Origin: Schmidtea polychroa
Lineage: Eukaryota
Length of the DNA stretch: 64,000 nt
Assembly (NCBI GenBank): GCA_044892525.1
Contig: CM097887.1
Span: 13,330,001 to 13,394,000, forward strand
Direction of reading: 5' to 3'
Below the pieces are notes generated by a model. That model saw only the letters and a list, made by a program, of their open reading frames with translations. It had not been told where the DNA came from and did no database searches. Below are positions 38,370 to 46,499 of the stretch, piece by piece. The position numbers and the translations under genes were made by a program. Numbering within the stretch: position 1 is the first letter of the stretch; each line of letters opens with the position of its first letter.

Positions 38370-38742
38370 AAAGTGAATAAGAGTTAACTATCAAAGGCAT
38401 GACCTCATCATCAGAGTCTGAAATAACGATAAGATCTTTTTTAACAAATTTAGAGGGTTTTAGATTAGGTAAATTAATTTTTCTTTTATTATTTACATTA
38501 GGCTTATTATTATTATTATTAGTACTTGTAGTATCATTATTATGATTTATAGCGGGATTATAGGTATTGGAAATATTATTTTTTAATAAATTAATAAGGT
38601 CTTTTTTCTTTAAATTATACTGAGTTAAATGATCCCTATGTTGATGATAAAACTCCATGTATGTTACAGTCTCGGGGTTCATACAAACAGGGCAAATAAA
38701 AAAGATGGTATGATTATGGCTATGTTTGTAATATTTTTCCAT
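34827..38742 (-). CDS. polB: Protein-primed family B DNA polymerase (N-terminal/TP region, OTU-like protease, exonuclease with EndoVII-like Zn finger, polymerase), interrupted by a 2-nt frameshift at ~37490
   Basis: YIDINNLYGWAL, KLLNNSLYGK, AGDTDSF, CHLC..RDHDH..G..C..CN; ORFs 34827..37499 and 37471..39000 join to ~1305 aa from the ATG at 38742 if 2 nt are restored; the true start could lie in the N-gap. Confidence 0.93.
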
Positions 38743-39325
38743 TATGAAATCACAATCATCATGTAATGAACTATTACAATAATTTTGNNNNNNNNNNNNN
38801 NNNNNNNNNNNNNNNNNNNNNNNNNNNNNNNNNNNNNNNNNNNNNNNNNNNNNNNNNNNNNNNNNNNNNNNNNNNNNNNNNNNNNNNNNNNNNNNNNNNN
38901 NNNNNNNNNNNNNNNNNNNNNNNNNNNNNNNNNNNNNNNNNNNNNNNNNNNNNNNNNNNNNNNNNNNNNNNNNNNNNNNNNNNNNNNATATTTTTATCAA
39001 AAAGGTAATTTTACTTAAATATATTTAACCTATTACATAATAGTTTAAACATACTTAATGCAAAATATATTTACCCTATTACGTAATAGTTTAAACATAA
39101 TCAATACAAAATATATTTAACCTATTATATAATAGGTTAAATATATTTTCAATCAAAATAAATTATTGATAAAAATAAATTTAACTTGTTACATAATATT
39201 TCATTATTATTATTATTATTCAAAGTACTATATTATAATTATTGTATTTAAAGTATTAATTATTATTAAAATAAAAACATTAATAAATCTTTTAATAAAA
39301 CCTTATAAAAATTCATTAAAAATCT

Positions 39326-39704
39326 TTAAATAAAAATGAAAATCTTACATGTAACTTTTCTTTTTGATATTTTGCAATCATTTTTTCCATATGCAGTACT
39401 GCGCGCAATCAAATTGTTACCATTATTATTGTTATTTGTACTTGACTCGTTCATATTTCGTCCATTTATAATGCATCCATTCATGTTGTTTATAATAAAA
39501 TCTAAAAAGAATAAATAATTATAAATTTAATAATAATAACGAAATACCATTTGGCATGTTTTCACTGTTATTGTTAGATCTTTTGTTGAAATTACGATTA
39601 AGACCTATAAATTATATCAATAATAATGACAAATAAATAAATAAATAAATCTTACCATTCTTGACACTGTTTCCGCTTTGGCTTCCTTGATTATTTCTTG
39701 ACAT
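39326..39704 (-). CDS. Three-exon, 93-aa Asn-rich protein (exons 39704-39656, 39604-39548, 39501-39326), not in the ORF track
   Basis: ATG, then GTAAG..TTATAG (51 bp) and GTATTT..TTTTAG (46 bp) introns give a continuous frame MSRNNQGSQSGNSVKNGLNRNFNKRSNNNSENMPNDFIINN...; same structure in the second copy at 11443. Confidence 0.7.
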
Positions 39705-40024
39705 TTTGTTGAGTTTAAAATTTTAGGTATATAAAAAAGTGATGGTATATTTTTAAACATTGCTTTATATATCATAAATTGTGTAATATGTATTCACCCA
39801 ATAGAAATTGAGAGTATTACATGCACACGCACTATGAAATATAATTTACACACAATGTGAAATACTTTTCACACATTAGGAAGCAAAACTTACACACATT
39901 ACAAAATAAAAATTTAACACAAACTAAGAGAACATGATTAATCATGCATTTAAACTGCAATCTTAATGCATATGAGTAATAATAACAAAATTAATAATAA
40001 TATAATTTTTAATCAAAAACTTTA

Positions 40025-40444
40025 TTAATTTTTTAAATAATCTAACACAGCAATTAAACAATTTTTGTAAGCACAATTAGAATGATCACGGTAAGGACAC
40101 AAGATATTATCAGGAAAATATTCTGATAATTGGATTGAATATTTTATTAATCTTAAATTTGGGAAATAATTTTTCAAAACTGTAAGTTTATCTTGATCAG
40201 TGACATAGAAAATTCCACTTGTATCTTCTACATCTCTCAATATACATGTTGGACAAAACGAATCTTCACCTTCATACCATTCCAATCGATCTGAATTTTC
40301 ACGTCCAGCCCAAAATGGTAAATCATTAAATAACCAATACTTTGGGCGTAAAATATTATTTACATTCATAATACATAATTCTTTAATAATTATTCCACCA
40401 GCATAATCATTATAACCTACAAAGTCAATAAAATAACAAGACAT
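40025..40444 (-). CDS. DEDD-fold / Maelstrom-like small protein, probably catalytically atypical
   Basis: N-terminal IDFVGY...IIKELCI and C-terminal CPYRDH..CAYKN; homologous pseudogene at ~9756-10160. Confidence 0.55.
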   Translation of the reverse strand: MSCYFIDFVGYNDYAGGIIIKELCIMNVNNILRPKYWLFNDLPFWAGRENSDRLEWYEGEDSFCPTCILRDVEDTSGIFYVTDQDKLTVLKNYFPNLRLIKYSIQLSEYFPDNILCPYRDHSNCAYKNCLIAVLDYLKN

Positions 40445-40476
40445 TTTTATTAATAAGATTTATTAAACTACATCGT

Positions 40477-40858
40477 TTATACATATAACATTGAATTTAG
40501 CCATGCAAGGCAATGTTGACCACATGTTTGAGTCATTGGATTTTGATAACGAATTTTATTATACAGAAGGGGTTTACCAACTGTTTGTAGTTTTGTTATC
40601 ATTATATCTGGATAATAATATCCCATCGGATCAAAAACATGTATTTTATCAGGTTTCACATATATTGCAATCCAATGTTCTCCTTCAAGATTTGATGATT
40701 GAGTATTGACGACTATAGCTTGGTTTGCGTTCAGATAGGGGATTTTATCTAATGGGAATACTCCAGTAAACTGATTCCCCAACAACATTTTTCCAATTCG
40801 ATTAACCTGAATAGAACTAATCAAATAAAATTAATTATTAATTAAAAACTTACTCCAT
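40477..40858 (-). CDS. Adenain-like cysteine protease (Maverick PRO) with a short 5' intron
   Basis: GVFPLD, GEHW, FDPMG, QNP..QTCGQHC catalytic motifs; ATG GA|GTAAGT...GATTAG|T TCT gives MDSIQVNRIGK (37-bp intron), or ATG 40874 with a 47-bp intron gives METIYYGVNRIGK. Confidence 0.9.
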
Positions 40859-40923
40859 AATAAATTGTTTCCATTGTTTAATTCATTTATACTACGTTTA
40901 AACCAATACAGTTTGAAATACTT

Positions 40924-42147
40924 TCAAACCAATACTGATCGACTTGCAGTAATTTGTAATTCTCTTTCGAAAACTCCGTATACTATTACATAAACCGATT
41001 CCTCGAGTGATTTATTAAACTTTACACTCAATTTTAAATTTCCTTGTTGTGGTAATTGACTTTGATTCAAATCAAAATCTGGAGACAAAACAAATGTAAA
41101 GAATGGATATTTATCTTTAAAATCTTCAAGTGTAATCCCACAGTTCATGTTTTTATCCAAATACCCCAGATTTCTCACAATACTTTGCATATACGTTGTA
41201 GTATAATCATTTGTGTCAAAGTTTTGTGTATATGTTTCTCGATAGTCATTATTTTTGGCTAAAGTGATTGATGTAATATCCAAATGTTTAAAGATTGAGC
41301 TGGATTCCTTATATGTTCCCTTAAATTGAGATTCAGTTTGAAATGCCACTAAAACGAAATTTGGTAATCTTTTGTCAATAAATAATTGTTCCTTGTAAAA
41401 TGACGATGAACCTTTACTGATTGTAAAGTCGACAGTTTCTTTACTTCTAATTGGATATATAGCATTTTTAGAATTTAACCCTATTTGATGCCCTGCTAAA
41501 ACTGATGGTTCAACTCGAACTCTGCGAATCATTAATTTTGCTTCCAATACCTTTATCTTTGGTTCATCTGTTAGCGAATGTATACTGAATGATGATGGGT
41601 TTCTTTTCAGTGTTACATTAACATTAACTCCTGGAAGTAAATATTTTGGTTGATCCATAAAATCTATTTGCAATGACGAACATAGGGAAACTAATTTAGA
41701 ACCGGCAATTAATGCTGTTCTTTCCTTATCAGATGGAATGTAACCCATAGGAGCCAGACAAATGTTTTTACTATCTCCATTATAATTTAAAATAGTTTCA
41801 ATTAAAGCTTTTTGTGTATATCTTCCGTTTCCACCTTCAATCTTTTGACTATTGAGTCCAACAATAACATCACTAAAAAGTGTATGGAACAAGTAATTGT
41901 TAGCTTTTGCATCTGAAGTAACCGGTAATTCCTTTCCATTATTATTTGTAACCTTTAATTTAATGTAGAGTAATGTATCATTCAAATCGAGATATTCAGT
42001 ATGAGAACCAGTTATTTTGAATTCAATATCGCTTTTATTATCAACAATTGAATTAAAGGGGAATACGTCTTCAAATGTCGCATATTCTATAACCGCCTGA
42101 GGAGTCGGTCGATCAAAAATACATAATTCAGTTTTTCCACAAATCAT
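40924..42147 (-). CDS. Major capsid protein (double jelly-roll, Maverick PY/hexon-like)
   Basis: KTELCIFDRPTPQ..IE, IEFKITG..EYLDLNDT, PFFTFVLSPD match the Maverick MCP pattern; position next to PRO. Confidence 0.88.
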   Translation of the reverse strand: MICGKTELCIFDRPTPQAVIEYATFEDVFPFNSIVDNKSDIEFKITGSHTEYLDLNDTLLYIKLKVTNNNGKELPVTSDAKANNYLFHTLFSDVIVGLNSQKIEGGNGRYTQKALIETILNYNGDSKNICLAPMGYIPSDKERTALIAGSKLVSLCSSLQIDFMDQPKYLLPGVNVNVTLKRNPSSFSIHSLTDEPKIKVLEAKLMIRRVRVEPSVLAGHQIGLNSKNAIYPIRSKETVDFTISKGSSSFYKEQLFIDKRLPNFVLVAFQTESQFKGTYKESSSIFKHLDITSITLAKNNDYRETYTQNFDTNDYTTTYMQSIVRNLGYLDKNMNCGITLEDFKDKYPFFTFVLSPDFDLNQSQLPQQGNLKLSVKFNKSLEESVYVIVYGVFERELQITASRSVLV

Positions 42148-42530
42148 TTTTCGAATATAGTTCCACGTCCTGTCATTCGTTTGTTTATATACCTTCGATG
42201 TTTTCTTCGCTTAGGCTGTGGTTCAGACTCTTCAGATTCTGATGCTTCATTTGATCCCATTACATTTGGTAATGAAGAAATCACATCTGGTAATGCCTCT
42301 TTGAATTCAGATATGGCATTGGATTTTAAAGATGGTAATATTTTTGCATTATTCATTATTACATCTTTAGCTGTTTTCATACCAAAATTTCCTATACGTT
42401 TAAGAATAGGAAGAGCAAACCGACCAATAGTTTTTAACCATCCGGATCCATATTGTTTGCCAACAAAATATGGTAATTCGCCACCAGTTTGACTATTGGC
42501 ATAAAGAGAAACTATATCAGGATTAGACAT
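42144..42530 (-). CDS. 128-aa putative virion core / membrane-lytic protein (adenovirus pVI-like layout)
   Basis: QTGG and QYGSG motifs, amphipathic segment WLKTIGRFALPILKRIG, basic NLS-like PKRRKHRR, C-terminal MTGRG. Confidence 0.65.
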   Translation of the reverse strand: MSNPDIVSLYANSQTGGELPYFVGKQYGSGWLKTIGRFALPILKRIGNFGMKTAKDVIMNNAKILPSLKSNAISEFKEALPDVISSLPNVMGSNEASESEESEPQPKRRKHRRYINKRMTGRGTIFEK

Positions 42531-43539
42531 CTTGTTTTCTAAAATGTAAAGTTACGTGTGTTTTTGAATCGTTTGCAAATCGGATTAAATTTCCGCTATC
42601 ATCGCGTATATTAATTTCTATATTGTTTATACATGTTCTCCCAACTGGTAAATACATAGGATTTTCTATTTGTATTTGCACAACTTCATCTTGCTCATAT
42701 TTCTTAATCCACACCGCTTTCAGAAGAGGTACCAGTGAATCACCAACATTTATCGGATCAATAATATCGCTATAGATGAACATTTGTTGATGATGATTAA
42801 ATATTTTTCCTTTACGAACTCCACCAAATTGTTTGTCATTATATAATTGTTTTTGTAATCCAAATGTGTTGACCAAGTTTTTATCAAATATAACTTCTTT
42901 AATGTTTTCACCGAGACTGAATTTGAAGACATTTTCATTCAGTTCAACAGACTTGAAAATATGGGGGCAATTACTTGTTAAATAGTTGGTTAAATCTTCA
43001 AGCTTCTTTATGTATAAATCATCAGTAAATGTGAAAACTGAATCTTGTAAACAATTGTACGTTAACTTCATTCTAATTACATTATTCATAATGCCATCAA
43101 CATACGGCGGAATTACAATTTGAAATGTATCAGTGTGACTTATAATTGTTGGTTCAGGAACTCCTAATCTTTTTACGCTTGCATCTTCAAATGTTATCTC
43201 GAATGGATGGTAATCGCAACAAATATTTAAAACTCCCTTGGTAATATACATGTAACAATCATTATTTAATTCTTTTATTGTCGTTTCATCATCTTCGGGT
43301 TCAATAACATAAAAGCTGCTAACTGATTTCGATGCAATTTCTTTATATTCAATCTTAGAATTACTGTAAAATGGAAATGTATTGTACACAAATGTGTAAT
43401 CAAGCAAAGCAACTTCCCACATGTCATGCAGGTAAATGGGATTTTGTAACTCAACGATAAATTTACTAGCCTCATTATTCGGATGAATTAATGGACAGCT
43501 ATTGCTTGGTAAAATAGTGAAAAAATTGTTTCTATTCAT
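42523..43539 (-). CDS. Minor capsid protein (penton, Maverick PX)
   Basis: FFTILPSNS..HPNN..F.V.L...WEVAL; C-terminal FIYSDII.P..VGD..PLL, YLPV, IEINIRD, LHFR. Confidence 0.88.
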   Translation of the reverse strand: MNRNNFFTILPSNSCPLIHPNNEASKFIVELQNPIYLHDMWEVALLDYTFVYNTFPFYSNSKIEYKEIASKSVSSFYVIEPEDDETTIKELNNDCYMYITKGVLNICCDYHPFEITFEDASVKRLGVPEPTIISHTDTFQIVIPPYVDGIMNNVIRMKLTYNCLQDSVFTFTDDLYIKKLEDLTNYLTSNCPHIFKSVELNENVFKFSLGENIKEVIFDKNLVNTFGLQKQLYNDKQFGGVRKGKIFNHHQQMFIYSDIIDPINVGDSLVPLLKAVWIKKYEQDEVVQIQIENPMYLPVGRTCINNIEINIRDDSGNLIRFANDSKTHVTLHFRKQDV

Positions 43540-44555
43540 TCAATTTGAGATGCTGATATCCAAGTTGGGTTTTGATATCCATGCCATTTGACGTAATATT
43601 GTTTATCCTTACCTTTATATTTTGATTTAAGAATTTTTTCAATTCTAAAGACAGATGGTGTCGGAATAACTTGCAGTTCCTGTTCGTAAAATTTACCCTG
43701 GATTTCATTATTATCAATATCTTTAATAACATACATAACGGGACTCTGTTTCGTATTAATCTTCGATATTTGAAAGACTTCGTCACTCCAGTTGTTGTCA
43801 AAATTTTTAATGAATGGTGAAGCCGATATTTTACTTATTCTAACATGATCACCAACTTTATATTTAGGTTTCTTAATTTTTGTTACATCTTGTTGTGATA
43901 ATAATATTTTCATACTATTTTTAGATGTTACATCAATCGGTCTCATACCCTTTAGACCTCCATGTTCGGAATGATTGTAACTATGAATTATTTTCGGTAA
44001 AACATTTATCCAAGTTTTGTTACCTTGATGTACAAAATATTTTTTCAATCGATCTCTTAATGTTCTATTAAACCTTTCCACATGAGCAGCTTTGAATTGT
44101 GAAAAAACAGAGTAATGATTTATTCCCTTTAGATTTTCTTTAACTTTGCTATTATAAAATTCTTTACCCAAATCAGTTTGTAAATTATCTGGTTTACCAT
44201 TTTTAAACATTGTTTTTATTGCAACAGCCATTTCACTAGCAGATTTGGTTTTCAATGGTATAGCTCGAGCAAATCTACTAAAGACATCAATACATGTCAA
44301 AATATATTTGTAACCCTTATTAATTTTAGAAAATGGAATCATTTCCATTAAGTCCATTTGCCATAAATCATTAATACCATATGTTTTATATGCTCTTGTG
44401 GGAAACCGTTTCAACATTGGCTTGTTTAAATTGTATGCCAGTTGACTCGACAACCATTTTTGAGTCTCCTTTTTTGATTTGGGTACTTTTTTCTTTAACT
44501 TTTCGACTCCACCGAAACCGGCTGGATCTTTTGGGTTTGTCCATATCTTCTCCAT
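43536..44555 (-). CDS. Retroviral-type (rve) integrase with C-terminal chromodomain
   Basis: WQMDL, LQTDLGKEF, HVERFNRTL DDE triad; FRIEKIL...YYVKWHGY..PTWI chromodomain. Confidence 0.95.
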   Translation of the reverse strand: MEKIWTNPKDPAGFGGVEKLKKKVPKSKKETQKWLSSQLAYNLNKPMLKRFPTRAYKTYGINDLWQMDLMEMIPFSKINKGYKYILTCIDVFSRFARAIPLKTKSASEMAVAIKTMFKNGKPDNLQTDLGKEFYNSKVKENLKGINHYSVFSQFKAAHVERFNRTLRDRLKKYFVHQGNKTWINVLPKIIHSYNHSEHGGLKGMRPIDVTSKNSMKILLSQQDVTKIKKPKYKVGDHVRISKISASPFIKNFDNNWSDEVFQISKINTKQSPVMYVIKDIDNNEIQGKFYEQELQVIPTPSVFRIEKILKSKYKGKDKQYYVKWHGYQNPTWISASQIE

Positions 44556-44653
44556 TACAACACGATGATTTAAAATTTAGAATAAGGTTTGGTAAATGTC
44601 CCATAGGTAATTGACCCATTGTTTATGATGATGATATTAAAATAATTCAACGT

Positions 44654-44986
44654 TTATGAAGGCTCACCTAATAAACCAGATCCACCTAATAAAGATAATG
44701 CGATTGGTATCAAAGCTGATATAAACCCCCCTTTCTGTTTGTATATAATTTTTCGCATTATACGTTTATTTTTTGTATTTACTAACGATAAAAGTGATTT
44801 TTTATGGTTTTGCAATACAAGTTTTTTCGCTTTACTAATGTCAACATTGCCACGCACAACATTAACAATAATTTCAAGCAAATCGTCCACAACAAATTGT
44901 GGGAATGATTGTAAAATACTTGTTCTTTTCATGAGTGGTGCTTTTATCAATGCATTAAAATATGGTATACTACGTTGTAATTTCAT
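44654..44986 (-). CDS. 110-aa conserved Maverick small protein with QKGGF motif and hydrophobic tail
   Basis: LLEII.NVVRGNV..HKKSL..QKGGFISALIPIAL resembles the small ORF common upstream of Maverick integrases. Confidence 0.7.
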   Translation of the reverse strand: MKLQRSIPYFNALIKAPLMKRTSILQSFPQFVVDDLLEIIVNVVRGNVDISKAKKLVLQNHKKSLLSLVNTKNKRIMRKIIYKQKGGFISALIPIALSLLGGSGLLGEPS

Positions 44987-45019
44987 TATTGAAATTTATT
45001 TTTTATCGTTTAACTTTGT

Positions 45020-45190
45020 TTATAATTTAATCCATTTTTTAGGTGTTTTGATTGATCTTTTCTTCAACGTTTTCTTTACAGATTTCTTTACTATCTTTTT
45101 TATAGATTTCTTTACATGTTTCTTTACACGTTTCTTCTTCACTTTGACTAATTGATTATCATGTTTAATTAAAACTTTCTTGAACCCCAT
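45020..45190 (-). CDS. 56-aa Lys-rich basic protein (histone-H1/protamine-like), below the ORF-track cutoff
   Basis: MGFKKVLIKHDNQLVKVKKKRVKKHVKKSIKKIVKKSVKKTLKKRSIKTPKKWIKL*: 23 Lys, 2 Arg, 1 Asp; fills the gap between ATPase and the 110-aa gene on the same strand. Confidence 0.75.
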   Translation of the reverse strand: MGFKKVLIKHDNQLVKVKKKRVKKHVKKSIKKIVKKSVKKTLKKRSIKTPKKWIKL

Positions 45191-45214
45191 TTTTTATTAT
45201 AATAGATTCATAAT

Positions 45215-45838
45215 TTAATTTTGTTTATAAACTGTTACACCATCTTTATTAAAAATATCTGTCCTAATACGTACATCATCCATGCATTGCTGAGTAAAAT
45301 CAAAGAATAAATATCCATGGGGTATTTTGGTTGCATCTTGAAATGATTCAATTAGAAAGTTACGATTGTTTGGATATGCTTGTCTTGCAATGAAATCAAT
45401 AACAGTTGCATCCCTCGGATTTTTGAAAATAACAAGATATTGAACATTCAAGTTCCGAGTTCGATGACTCCCACCCTGATGAAACAGATTTTGTGTTATA
45501 AAAATAACTGTTACACCATGATGTCGAGATATTTTTGTAAATAAATTATTAAAATCTTTTTCTTTGTTAGCTTCTTGATATAAATCATCAATAATAATTA
45601 CATCACCCTGTTGTAATCTAGATGACCAGTTTTTATCAAATCCTTTTATTATTGTCATTTTTAATTTACAGAATTGTTCTTGCGTCAAACCATGTTCGTC
45701 ATCAGCACCCCTATGCCAATATATTTTATTGAATTTTGACTTGAACATTTTTGATTGTAATAATTTACAAACAAATAAAGTTTTACCACTACCGCTTGGA
45801 CCTACAATTTGATAAACAGCATCATTTCTTAATTCCAT
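45215..45838 (-). CDS. A32/FtsK-HerA-like genome-packaging ATPase
   Basis: Walker A GPSGSGKT, Walker B IIIDD, SRH..VTVIFITQNLF. Confidence 0.93.
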   Translation of the reverse strand: MELRNDAVYQIVGPSGSGKTLFVCKLLQSKMFKSKFNKIYWHRGADDEHGLTQEQFCKLKMTIIKGFDKNWSSRLQQGDVIIIDDLYQEANKEKDFNNLFTKISRHHGVTVIFITQNLFHQGGSHRTRNLNVQYLVIFKNPRDATVIDFIARQAYPNNRNFLIESFQDATKIPHGYLFFDFTQQCMDDVRIRTDIFNKDGVTVYKQN

Positions 45839-45923
45839 TTTAAAAAATTAGTTATATATATTAATATTGTTTATATTTGTTTTAATTCATCAGTTTACTT
45901 GATGAAAAATTATTTGAAAAAAT

Positions 45924-46388
45924 ATGATTAGTAATATAAATTATAAAGGTAGATTTGATGTATCTCATATGGAATTTCCAAAAGGTAAACCACAACAAAT
46001 TGTTGACAGAAGCGGTAAACATTCAATAATATTTTTCAAGTCAGGTAAATGTCGAATAATGGGATGTAAAAAATCGATCAAAGTTGAAGATTTAAAATAT
46101 GAAATCAAGGATTTACAAATTCAATCGATTACAGTTACTGCTGATATTGAATCAAATGTTATTTTAAATGATTTATCAAAGTATATGAAATGTATTTACG
46201 AACCAGAAATATTTCCGGCATTAAGATATATAAAATACAATCCAATGTGTGTTAACATATTCAATAGTGGTAAAGTAGTTATACTCGGTATAAAGACATT
46301 GGATTATCATTTACTTGTTTATAAAATTATTAAAGATATTAAATCAGTAATTGATGACATGGAATTTTTAAAATTTTTCCTAAACTAA
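45924..46388 (+). CDS. Compact TATA-box-binding protein (TBP) homolog
   Basis: Two TBP repeats: IFFKSGKCRIMG and IQSITVTADI...YEPEIFPALRY...NIFNSGKVVILG, against canonical IFSSGKMVCTG / IQNMVGSCDV / YEPELFPGLIY / IFVSGKVVLTG. Confidence 0.88.
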   Translation: MISNINYKGRFDVSHMEFPKGKPQQIVDRSGKHSIIFFKSGKCRIMGCKKSIKVEDLKYEIKDLQIQSITVTADIESNVILNDLSKYMKCIYEPEIFPALRYIKYNPMCVNIFNSGKVVILGIKTLDYHLLVYKIIKDIKSVIDDMEFLKFFLN

Positions 46389-46499
46389 AGTTGCAATCGT
46401 CCATGCATGAATCCAATTGGTTGATGGTGTGTATCGAAATAAGTATATATATATATATATACAATAACACTTTAATCATTTATTAAGTACTAGTTGAGA

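Noticed and set aside
39000-39350. Splicing of the Asn-rich gene onto PolB through a third GTAAG donor
   Set aside because: No convincing downstream acceptor or exon before the N-gap, and the donor is GAAAG in the second copy; unresolved
44381-45155. Overlapping ORFs 44381..44614, 44386..44619 and 44739..45155
   Set aside because: Alternative-frame or antisense shadows of integrase, the 110-aa gene and the Lys-rich gene
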